A DNA stretch of 62,507 bases, filler included. It is 10 parts of 10 records of this genome, joined end to end, with 100 filler letters (N's around TTAATTAATTAA, not from the genome) between each part and the next. Parts side by side here need not be neighbours in the genome. Positions count along the whole stretch, not along the records: positions 39,043 to 45,204 come from SRR31147125_152907; positions 45,305 to 50,818 come from SRR31147125_153005; positions 50,919 to 57,255 come from SRR31147125_153411; 7 more parts are not named here. One strand, given 5' to 3'. The stretch's first letter is position 1. Each line of letters opens with the position of its first letter. The notes beneath the pieces were generated by a model that was given only the letters and a program-made list of their open reading frames with translations, ran no database searches and was not told the DNA's origin. Shown piece after piece: positions 42,555 to 51,711 of the stretch. The translations under genes and the position numbers were made by a program.

Positions 42555-43582
42555 TCGTTTGACTCCTTTTCAGGCTTCGGGAGCGCTGTCGCGATGAGAG
42601 ATCGAACCTGAATATCCGTTTCGACGAGAGGGAGGTTGAAGCCCGAGGTAAATCGGCTCTCAACATCTCTTCTCGTCCGATTTTCAAGCAGGTCATCGGC
42701 AAATCGGATGCGATTTTTTTCAAACAGCAATACGTCTGTGCTGCTACCCGGGCGGTAAAGGCTTTTGGGGCACCCTTTTTCGATAAACATACCGGTCCGG
42801 ATCGAGCGTGGGTTGTCGTAGCAGACCGGGCTGTAGCACTGAACGATATCGCCGATCATTAAAGCGACAATTTCAACCATGGCGACTATTCCAACCTGGC
42901 TGCCTCCGTCAACGTCGGTATCGATGATGGTGACGACGCGTCGATTTTTTGAGTAAGGGGTGGCTTCACTGATGATCGCCTGCGGGTTGCAGGAGTGATA
43001 GCTACCCTCGATCTGGTAGTGGTCAATGACACGCCCGGAGACCGGGGTGTGATTGAAATGATATTTGTCGGGGGTCAGGCGGAAGAGGGCAAAGTCCCCA
43101 CCAAGGAACGATTTGATCCAGCGGGATTTGTTTTGTCCGAGGAGCTCTTCGTAAGTAAAGAATTTGCCCTTGATCGAAAGGCTTGAGGTCTCGTCAAGGG
43201 AGCCGACAATGGCTCGCGCATCGGCTGGCGAAACAATGGCGTCCTCGGCGGCCGGCATGGGTCGACATTGCCAGTAACGGATCTTACGCTCAAAAACTTT
43301 ACGGGCCGTGTCGAGTTTTCGGGGAGGGTCAAGACATTCTTCAAGATTGACACCCGCTTCTTTCAAAAAACGCTGATTGCCGAGAACATGGGTCGAAAGT
43401 GCCAGGTCGTAGTTAAAAAAACCGAGCGCTTTTGTTGTGTGGGGACCGGTGATGAGGCGAAAGAGCAGCGGCGCATTTTCGCGGATCGGGTGGTAGAGCC
43501 AGCGAATAATACGATCCCCAAAAAGGGGTTCGTTACAGACCTGTCTGCTGCTGCGGTGAATGTATTGATGCATTGTCGTCAT
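42551..43582 (-). CDS. Phosphatidylserine decarboxylase-family pyruvoyl enzyme
   Basis: SPAD, FRLTPDKYHFNH.P, KNRR, self-cleavage motif PGSST. Confidence 0.85.
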   Translation of the reverse strand: MTTMHQYIHRSSRQVCNEPLFGDRIIRWLYHPIRENAPLLFRLITGPHTTKALGFFNYDLALSTHVLGNQRFLKEAGVNLEECLDPPRKLDTARKVFERKIRYWQCRPMPAAEDAIVSPADARAIVGSLDETSSLSIKGKFFTYEELLGQNKSRWIKSFLGGDFALFRLTPDKYHFNHTPVSGRVIDHYQIEGSYHSCNPQAIISEATPYSKNRRVVTIIDTDVDGGSQVGIVAMVEIVALMIGDIVQCYSPVCYDNPRSIRTGMFIEKGCPKSLYRPGSSTDVLLFEKNRIRFADDLLENRTRRDVESRFTSGFNLPLVETDIQVRSLIATALPKPEKESNE

Positions 43583-45204
43583 AGATTGTTCCGTATTGGT
43601 TAAAGGCCTGCTCGGATATCTGTCTGTCGCGTTCTTCAGCCAGAATCATCAGGTTGAGAAGCCGCTTCAGGGGTTGAATGCCTGCCTGATCGTTGAGCAG
43701 GTCCGGTTCAATTGAAGCCCGGTAAGATTCAAGGTTCTTGTCTGCCAGAATCTCTGCAAGTTGAGGGCGCAATTCTTTGTCAATCTGAGTCTCTCCGCGT
43801 CCGAGTTGTTGGAGGTCATCCCACAGGAGAGACAACGACTGCTGTATATGCTCTTTGCGCAGATGAATCCGATAATAATGCTCTGCCTGGGAATTGAATT
43901 CACCTGCGTCCATGCGTCTGGAATCAGATGATTTTTTCCCGCTGATATTGTGAATCAGGTGAGCCGCCGCCGTGTATTTTTGGGGCTGTTCGATCTTCAG
44001 CTCCAGATCCTTGATAAGAGATTCGAAACCGAACATTTCAATAAGGTCAGCGGCATCTTCTTTGAGTATTTGAACCAGTGCTTTGCAATATTCATCTTTG
44101 TAGATTCTCAAATAGCCGGGATAGCGGCGGCTGGTTCTGATCCTGTCGGTTTTTTTGATGATCTTCAGTAGAAAACGGTTCCGCGTGTTCCGTTTGACAA
44201 AAAAGGTCGGGATGCCGATGGCCATGCCAAAAAAGACCTGTCTCCGTTCACTCTCGACAAAGGGGGTGTCCGGAATGTGCCGATGACGCACTTTGCCCGT
44301 GGCCATGTATTTGAACGCCAGAGCTGTCAGCAGAACCTGGAGATTTGTTGCCGCGCTAAGATCGTCAACCAGGTTTGGAAAGAGGCTGTGAAACCGGCCT
44401 TCAAAACCGCTGAAGCCCATTTCGCTGAAGCTTCGTATTTTGAAAAATTGATACAGAGACATCTGACGATCAAAAACGCCCATGTCGGTCAGGTCGTCCT
44501 TCAGCTGGTCCTGATTGCCGAGCTGGCCGTTATAAGCAGGACTTTGATCAGTGCTGAGAAAGCAGACCGGGTAATCGATGAGGCGAAAGTCAGGGACCAG
44601 ATCGCCGTGGAGGTGGAACGATTTCCGCAAGCCTCGATCGATCCAGTGAGGGCCAAAAGGAGTCAAGGCATGACCGAAGACCGACAGACTCGCTTTCTTT
44701 TTCCAGCGCCGCCAGAGCATGCGTAAATGGGTGAAGTCGAGCTGATGTGGAAGAAATCCGAGGGCTTTCTCCGGATGGAAATCTTCGAACGGAAGCCGAT
44801 ATGGGGCCGCGCTGTAGGTCGTCACAAACAGCGGCAGAAAGTGTTCCACGATTTTTGTCGTGAGGTCACCGAGAAACTTTTCATGGGCCGGATTGTAGCC
44901 ATTCAGCTGTTCTTTACAGGCCTGTGTCAATCTGTGGCTGCCCAGGCTGATATGAACACCATTGTTTGCCAGACTGGTATTCGACATATTAGGCAGAACA
45001 ACCAGGTTGTTGACGATGATACCCGCCTCCCGCAGCTTGGCAACGGCGTTCAACTGACTGCGACTCAAAACCTGATGACAGAGTTCCATGTAGGTATGCT
45101 TTTGTTCGCCACGGTCCCAACCCGACAGACAGGGGCTCATAAACAGCTGTCGATAAAAAGTGTCCGGTATCAGATCGTTGAGCTTTTTCTGTTGGAGAGG
45201 CGGG
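43533..45204 (-). CDS. Large conserved hypothetical protein, C-terminal part (possible carboxylate-amine ligase fold)
   Basis: More than 535 aa open to the contig end; SLANNGVHISLG and GFEGRFHS motifs. Confidence 0.7.
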
Positions 45205-45304
45205 NNNNNNNNNNNNNNNNNNNNNNNNNNNNNNNNNNNNNNNNNNNNTTAATTAATTAANNNNNNNNNNNNNNNNNNNNNNNNNNNNNNNNNNNNNNNN
45301 NNNN
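45205..45304. other. Artificial contig spacer
   Basis: N run with TTAATTAATTAA. Confidence 0.98.
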
Positions 45305-45799
45305 GATTTGAAGCTGCCCGACGGAGACGGGATGGAGGTCGTCAAGACGGTGAAAGAGGAAAAACCGGAAACCGAAGTCGTCATCATCACCGGATACGCG
45401 TCGGTCAACTCAGCGGTAGACGCCATGAAGATCGGCGTATTCGACTATCTCACCAAGCCGTTTATTGAAGACGAGATCAAAGAGGCGGTGGATGGTGCCC
45501 TGCGGAAAATCAGGGAAGAGGAGGTGGACAGACTTCACAACAGGGTTGCCGCGCAGGAAAGCAGGCTGATCCAGAAGCAGCAGTTAATGGCGGTCCTCGA
45601 CCGCACTGCCGAAGACAGCGAATTCTGGCACTACCTCATGGAAGACGGTGCGGAGGCCCTGCAGGAATATAACCTCTCCAATGAGGCCAAGGCGGCGATC
45701 ATCTCCGGCGACCTCGGCTGGATAAACCGCAACGTAGGTGAGCTGACCCAGAAACAGCTCATGTTCATCCAGGGAAGATTGGAAAGTGAGGTCTGGTAG
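45305..45799 (+). CDS. Response regulator (REC), N-terminally truncated, with a small non-HTH C-terminal domain
   Basis: DLKLPDGDG, IITGY, DYLTKPF. Confidence 0.88.
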   Translation, partial: DLKLPDGDGMEVVKTVKEEKPETEVVIITGYASVNSAVDAMKIGVFDYLTKPFIEDEIKEAVDGALRKIREEEVDRLHNRVAAQESRLIQKQQLMAVLDRTAEDSEFWHYLMEDGAEALQEYNLSNEAKAAIISGDLGWINRNVGELTQKQLMFIQGRLESEVW

Positions 45800-45904
45800 C
45801 CGCCATGACAGGCGGCCCGGAGAGACCGGCACAGCAGGTACAGTATGGCAAAACCGGCCTGCGCGAAAGCGGCCGGCATTCAGAAAGAACGGAGCCAACC
45901 GGTA

Positions 45905-48900
45905 ATGAAGAAGAGTGAGACGAACGCAAAGCTACGTGCTGCAGTCGCAGTCGTCGGCGGCGGTATCACCGGCATGCAGGCCGCCCTCGATATGGCCGAC
46001 GCCGGGTTTTTCGTGTACATCATCGAAAAATCCCCCGCTATCGGCGGCGTGATGGCACAACTGGACAAAACCTTCCCCACCAATGACTGCGCGATGTGAA
46101 TTATCTCGCCGAAACTGGTCGAGGTCGGCCGGCATAACAATATCGAGTTGATTACGCTCTCGGAGATCGAGGACGTCTCCGGTGAAGAAGGTGATTTCTC
46201 CGTGAACCTGAGCCAGGCGCCCCGCTATGTCGATACCGACAAGTGTATCGCCTGCGGGATCTGCGCGGAAAAGTGTCCCAAAAAGGTTGATGACGAATAC
46301 AACGAGGGACTGGCCAAACGGAAAGCCATTTACGTCCCGTACGCCCAGGCGGTTCCGCTCAAGTACGCGATCGATCCCGACAACTGCATCTTCCTGCAGA
46401 AAGGCAAATGCGGTGCCTGCGAGAAGTTCTGTCCGTCCGGGGCCATTAATTTTAATGATACCGGGAAGAGGCGAACCATTGAGGTTGGTTCCATCATCCT
46501 TGCCACCGGGTTTCAGTCCTACGACCCGTCGGGACTGGACAACTACCTCTATGCAAACAACCCGGACGTGGTCACCGCCGTTGAATTCGAGAGAATGCTC
46601 TCCGCTACCGGTCCCTACGGTGGACACCTGGTCCGCCCCTCGAGCAGGCTGAAAAAAGGCGACCCCGATCTTCCGGTAAAGAGGATCGCCTGGCTCCAGT
46701 GCGTGGGGTCGCGGGAAAAAAACCGCTGCACGAACGAATACTGCTCCTCGGTCTGCTGCATGTACGCGGTCAAGCAGGCGATCATCGCGAAGGAGCACGA
46801 CACGTCCGTCGACTGTTCAATCTTCTACATGGACATGCGCACCCAGGGCAAGAACTTCGACCACTACCTGGAGAGCGCCCGCGAAAAAGGGATCTCTTTC
46901 ATCCCGACGAAGATTCACACCGTCGAAGAGGACCGGGCCGCGAACAAGCTGCTGCTGCGCTATATGACCGACACCAGCAAATTGCTGCTTGACGACATCG
47001 ACCTCGTCGTCCTCTCCACCGGCCTCGAGATCCCGCAGGGCGTGCGGGACCTGGCCGACCGTCTCGATGTCCGGCTGGACAACAACTCCTTCATCGCAAC
47101 CGACTCATTCCACCCGGTCTCCACCTCGGTTCCCGGCATATACGGGTGCGGGGTGATCACCGGACCGAAGGACATCCCGCAATCCGTGATGGAGGCGAGC
47201 GCCGCAGCCTGCGCCGCCACCGAGAAGCTGGCATCCGCCCGCAACAGCCTGATTACGTGCCCGGAGTCCGTGCCCGAACTCGATATCGCCCGGCAGAAAC
47301 CGCGGATCGGGGTCTTTGTCTGCAACTGCGGCTCCAATATCGGCGGCGTCGTCAGGGTCCCCGACGTGGCGGACTATGCCCGGACCCTGCCGAACGTCGT
47401 CTATGTGGAGGAAAACCTGTTCACCTGTTCCCAGGACACCCAGGACAAGATGGCCCAAGTGATCCGCGAACAAGGCCTCAACCGGGTGGTAATCGCGGCC
47501 TGCACCCCGATAACCCATGAACTTCTGTTCCAGGAAACCCTTGCCGCCGCCGGGCTGAATAAATACCTGGTCGAGATGGCCAATATCAGGAATCACGACT
47601 CGTGGGTCCATGCGAACGACCCGGATGCAGCCACGGAAAAAGCCATCGACCTGGTGCGGATGGCCGTAGCCAAGTCCTCCCTGCTCGAGCCGCTCTACCA
47701 GAGCGAGTTGCCGATCGCCAGATCTGCGCTGGTGGTCGGCGGCGGTATCGCCGGGATGATCGCCGCCCTCTCGCTCTCCACCCACGGTTACCCGGTAACC
47801 CTGGTGGAGAAGTCGGAGGTGCTGGGCGGTCAGGCCAGGAACCTCCACCGAGCGGCGAAACTCGAAGAGGTGACCCCCTTTGCCAGAGAGCTTGAAAAAC
47901 AGGTGGCCGACACTGATACCATAACCGTCTTCACCGGTGCCACGGTTACAGATGTAAAAGGTTTTGTCGGCAACTTCGAAACGGAGGTTACCGACGCAGC
48001 CGGGCCGAAGACCGTGGAGCATGGAGTCGCCGTCATCGCCACCGGCGCGGAAGAGTACAAACCGGACGAATACCTGTACGGGGACCACCCCGCGGTCGTC
48101 ACTCACCTGGAGATGGACGAACTCCTCAAAAACAACGACGGAAAAGTGACCGGGGCAGAGACGGTCGCATTTATCCAGTGCGTCGGTTCCCGCAACGAGA
48201 CCAATCCTTACTGCTCGAAGGTGTGCTGCACGCACACGATCATCAGTGCCCTCGAACTCAAGGAGAAGAACCCGGACATGGCCGTGGTGGTGCTGTATAG
48301 AGATATCCGCACTTACGGCACCCGGGAGCTCCTCTACCATAAGGCCCGAGAGCAGGGCGTTTTGTTCTTCCGCTACGCCCCGGAGAAAAAACCGGTCGTC
48401 AGCGAGGCGGGAGAGTGCGTACGGATCGAGTTTGACGACCCGATCATCGGGCGCGGGGTTGCGGTGGAGGCGGACCTGCTCTGCCTGGCGACCGCTATAG
48501 TTCCCAGGAAAGACCGTTCCCTGTCCGGCTTCTTCAAGGTGCCGCACGACGGGGACGGCTGGCTCCTCGAAGCGCATCAGAAGCTGCGGCCGGTGGATTT
48601 CGCCACGGAGGGGGTCTTTCTCTGCGGTATGGCACACTACCCCAAACCCATCGACGAAAGCGTGGCCCAGGCCAAGGCCGCCGCCTCACGGGCGCTGAGT
48701 GTCCTCACCCGACCAGCGATCCAGGTGGGCGGCATGGTGCCGAGAATAGACGAGCGGCTCTGCTGCGGCTGCCTGGCCTGTCTGGGCGTCTGCTCCTTCG
48801 GGGCTATCAGCTTCAACGCGGAAAAAGGCGTGGCCCAGGTCAACGAGGCGCTCTGCAAGGGCTGCGGTGCCTGCGCCGCCGCCTGTCCATCGGAGGCCCC

Positions 48901-48973
48901 GGCCTTGAAGGGGTTTGAAAACAAACAGATTTACGCTCAGATCGAAGGGGCGCTGCAAGAGCTGAAAAATTAA
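45905..48973 (+). CDS. hdrA: Heterodisulfide reductase subunit A-like flavoprotein (double FAD module, ~1020 aa), selenoprotein
   Basis: GGGITG...[15 protein letters not shown](46097-46099)-IISPKL continues in frame; two QCVGSR motifs and several CxxCxxC ferredoxin motifs. Confidence 0.92.
46115..46132 (+). promoter_or_regulatory. Candidate SECIS hairpin of hdrA
   Basis: CUGGUCG-AGGU-CGGCCGG stem-loop starting 15 nt after UGA. Confidence 0.6.
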
Positions 48974-48983
48974 GGAGTTTACC

Positions 48984-49496
48984 GTGTCGACAAAACAATT
49001 TGAACCGAAGATTCTCGCCTTTTTCTGCAGCTGGTGCGCCTACGGGGCGGCTGACCTCGCCGGCGTCAACCGGATGGAGCATCCCCCGAATACCAGGGTC
49101 ATCCGGGTCATGTGCTCGACCACCGTCAGCCCGCACCACGTTCTGAGGGCCTTCCAGAGCGGTGTGGACGGTGTGCTGGTGGGCGGATGACACGTCGGCG
49201 ACTGCCATTACCTGTACGGTAATTACATGACCATTAAACGAATCACCTTCCTCCAGGAGCTGCTCACATTTATCGGGCTGGAGGAACGACTCCACCTGTC
49301 CTGGATCTCTTCTGCCGAGGCCGGCAAATTCATCGACGTCGTCAGCGACTTTACCGAAAAGATCAGGAGCATCGGGCCCAACCCGCTGAAAGGATTCAAG
49401 CTTGAGCCGTGGCTGAAACAGATGGATAGCGTCCACCCCGTTCCCGCCTCAACCGGGCTGGAAAGCGGCACGGAAACGTCCGTCGTCGTCAAATAA
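48984..49496 (+). CDS. mvhD: MvhD/FlxD-type hydrogenase iron-sulfur (delta) subunit, selenoprotein
   Basis: [30 protein letters not shown](49188-49190)-HVGDCHY in frame. Confidence 0.92.
49207..49223 (+). promoter_or_regulatory. Candidate SECIS hairpin of mvhD
   Basis: AUUACC-UGUAC-GGUAAU perfect stem 16 nt after UGA. Confidence 0.6.
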
Positions 49497-49506
49497 CGGA
49501 GACGAA

Positions 49507-50334
49507 ATGAAAGAAATAACGCACATCAGGCAAACGATCAGGCAGTGGCTGGAAAACGGGACCGTCGACATTTTCCTGGGCTACCGCGAACGTGAAGGAC
49601 ACGCAATACCGCACGGGTTCACCCTGGAAAACATCGACGAGGTGGAGTCCATGGTGGATTCAGAGTCCCGCTATGCCCTGGAGAAGCTCGCGACCAAGAT
49701 TCACCGGCGGCGACCGGACAAGATCATCGGCATGGTCGCCAGGGAATGCACCCGGAGGGCACTCAACGTATTAACTGTCTGGAATCAGCTCGACGCGGAC
49801 ACAGTGAAGACGATCACGCTCAACTGCTGCCCATCGCCACTGAAAGACCATGCTGCCTGTTCCTACCTGGAACCGGAGAAAGCCGGTACGGGCAAACTCC
49901 AGTTCGGCCTGGACCCCAACGGCGACATCGAGGAGGCAGGGGCTGCACCGAAGAATGAGCGGCTGTCACGCTGGATGTATGAGATGCAGAAATGCATCAA
50001 ATGCTACGGCTGCCGTAATATATGCCCCGTCTGCTTTTGCAAAGAATGCAGCCTCGAACACACCGACCTGGTTCATGCAGGAAAGCTGCCGGCCGAGGTG
50101 CCCATTTTCCACCTGGTCCGGGCAACTCATATGGCCGGACGCTGCATCGACTGCGGCCTGTGCGAGGAGGCCTGTCCGATGGACATCCCGCTCCGCCTGT
50201 TGTACCGCAAGGTCAACGCTATCGTCAGCGAGGTCTTCGCATACGATACGGGCACCAGCGGCGACCAGCCGCCCTTCAGTGTTTTAGGGGACACGGTGAC
50301 CCTGGAACCGAAGCCTATCCGCCAGGAAGCATGA
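49507..50334 (+). CDS. 4Fe-4S dicluster protein (FdhB C-terminal-like subunit of Hdr/Fdh clusters)
   Basis: CIKCYGCRNICPVCFCKEC, FHLVRA.HMAGRCIDCGLCEEACP. Confidence 0.85.
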   Translation: MKEITHIRQTIRQWLENGTVDIFLGYREREGHAIPHGFTLENIDEVESMVDSESRYALEKLATKIHRRRPDKIIGMVARECTRRALNVLTVWNQLDADTVKTITLNCCPSPLKDHAACSYLEPEKAGTGKLQFGLDPNGDIEEAGAAPKNERLSRWMYEMQKCIKCYGCRNICPVCFCKECSLEHTDLVHAGKLPAEVPIFHLVRATHMAGRCIDCGLCEEACPMDIPLRLLYRKVNAIVSEVFAYDTGTSGDQPPFSVLGDTVTLEPKPIRQEA

Positions 50335-50363
50335 GAAGAAGTTTAAGAGGACAAAACCACATC

Positions 50364-50818
50364 ATGGAAAATTCAATGAACTGCAAACTCGTTCCTTCCG
50401 TCTGCTCCTATTGCGGCACAGGCTGCGGTGTGCTGTTCGAGGTACTCGACGGCGAACTCGTCGGGACCCAGCCGTTAAAGTCCCACCCGGTCAACCACGG
50501 AAAGCTGTGCATCAAAGGATGGAACCTGCACGAACATATCAACAGCTCCATGCGACTGAAAGCCCCGCTTGTCCGGGAAAACGGCAACCTCCGGAAAACC
50601 AACTGGAACGAGGCTCTCCGCACAACGGTGGACGCCTTCAAAAACACCGTTGCACAATATGGTCCGGAAAGTGTCGGGGTACTGGTTTCCGCAAAGGTGA
50701 CCAACGAAGAGAACTACCTGGCCCAGAAATTCGCCCGGGCAGCTATCGGCACCAACAACATCGACCACTGCGCCCGTCTCTGACATTCCTCCACCGTGGC
50801 CGGTCTGGCCGCAGCATT
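50364..50818 (+). CDS. fdhF: Formate dehydrogenase alpha subunit (FdhF-type), selenoprotein, N-terminal fragment
   Basis: CSYCGTGC, GKLCIKG, NEENY, NNIDHCARL-TGA(50781-50783)-HSSTVAGL. Confidence 0.92.
50796..50812 (+). promoter_or_regulatory. Candidate SECIS hairpin of fdh
   Basis: GUGGCC-GGUCU-GGCCGC stem-loop 12 nt after UGA. Confidence 0.65.
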
Positions 50819-50918
50819 NNNNNNNNNNNNNNNNNNNNNNNNNNNNNNNNNNNNNNNNNNNNTTAATTAATTAANNNNNNNNNNNNNNNNNNNNNNNNNN
50901 NNNNNNNNNNNNNNNNNN
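50819..50918. other. Artificial contig spacer
   Basis: N run with TTAATTAATTAA. Confidence 0.98.
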
Positions 50919-51619
50919 TCGGCGGCGCCGACGGCCCCACCACCATCTTTCTGGCATCCAAAATGGCCCCTCAGCTTCTCGGGGTGTGCGCCGTGGCCGC
51001 TTACTCTTACATGGCGCTGGTTCCCATTATCCAGCCGCCAGTCATGAAGCTCATGACCTCGGAAGATGAGCGGAAAATCCGCATGAAAAAGACCCGTAAA
51101 GTGAATAAATTGGAGAAACTTCTCTTTCCTCTGGTGTCCACCTTTGTCATCATCCTGCTGGTTCCGGCATCGGCCCCGCTCATTGCCATGTTTATGCTGG
51201 GGAATCTCTTCCGTGAGTCCGGCGTGGTGGAGCGGCTTAACAATGCGGCCCAAAACGAACTCATGAATATCGTCACCATCTTTCTGGGCGTCCCGGTGGG
51301 AGCGACCATGAATGCAGAGAATTTTCTGCAGTCCAAAGTGATTTTTGTTTTCATTCTGGGACTTTTCGCATTCGTTATCAGTACCATGACCGGAATTTTG
51401 CTGGCAAAGGGGATGAATCTCTTCTCGAAAAAGAAGATCAATCCATTGCTTGGCGCTGCCGGTGTGTCGGCCGTTCCCATGGCTGCTCGAGTCGTGCATA
51501 AGGTGGGGATGGAGGCGGATAAAAAGAACTATCTCTTGATGTATGCCATGGGACCCAATGTGGCCGGTGTCATCGGTACCGTCATTGCCGCCGGGATCTT
51601 TTTGACGCTGTTGGGGTGA
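50919..51619 (+). CDS. oadB: Sodium-translocating decarboxylase beta subunit, C-terminal part
   Basis: [44 protein letters not shown]. Confidence 0.92.
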
Positions 51620-51711
51620 CAGCATTTGATACGCTATTGACTTGATGTTTAAAAAGCTTTAGGCTCTAAGATCTGCGGTTGCCAATGGGATGATTTCAGG
51701 AGATCTTGAGC

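Noticed and set aside
45932-49436. Long antisense ORFs (288, 510 and 198 aa) opposite hdrA/mvhD
   Set aside because: These are shadow ORFs of GC-rich coding sequence with no recognisable motifs.
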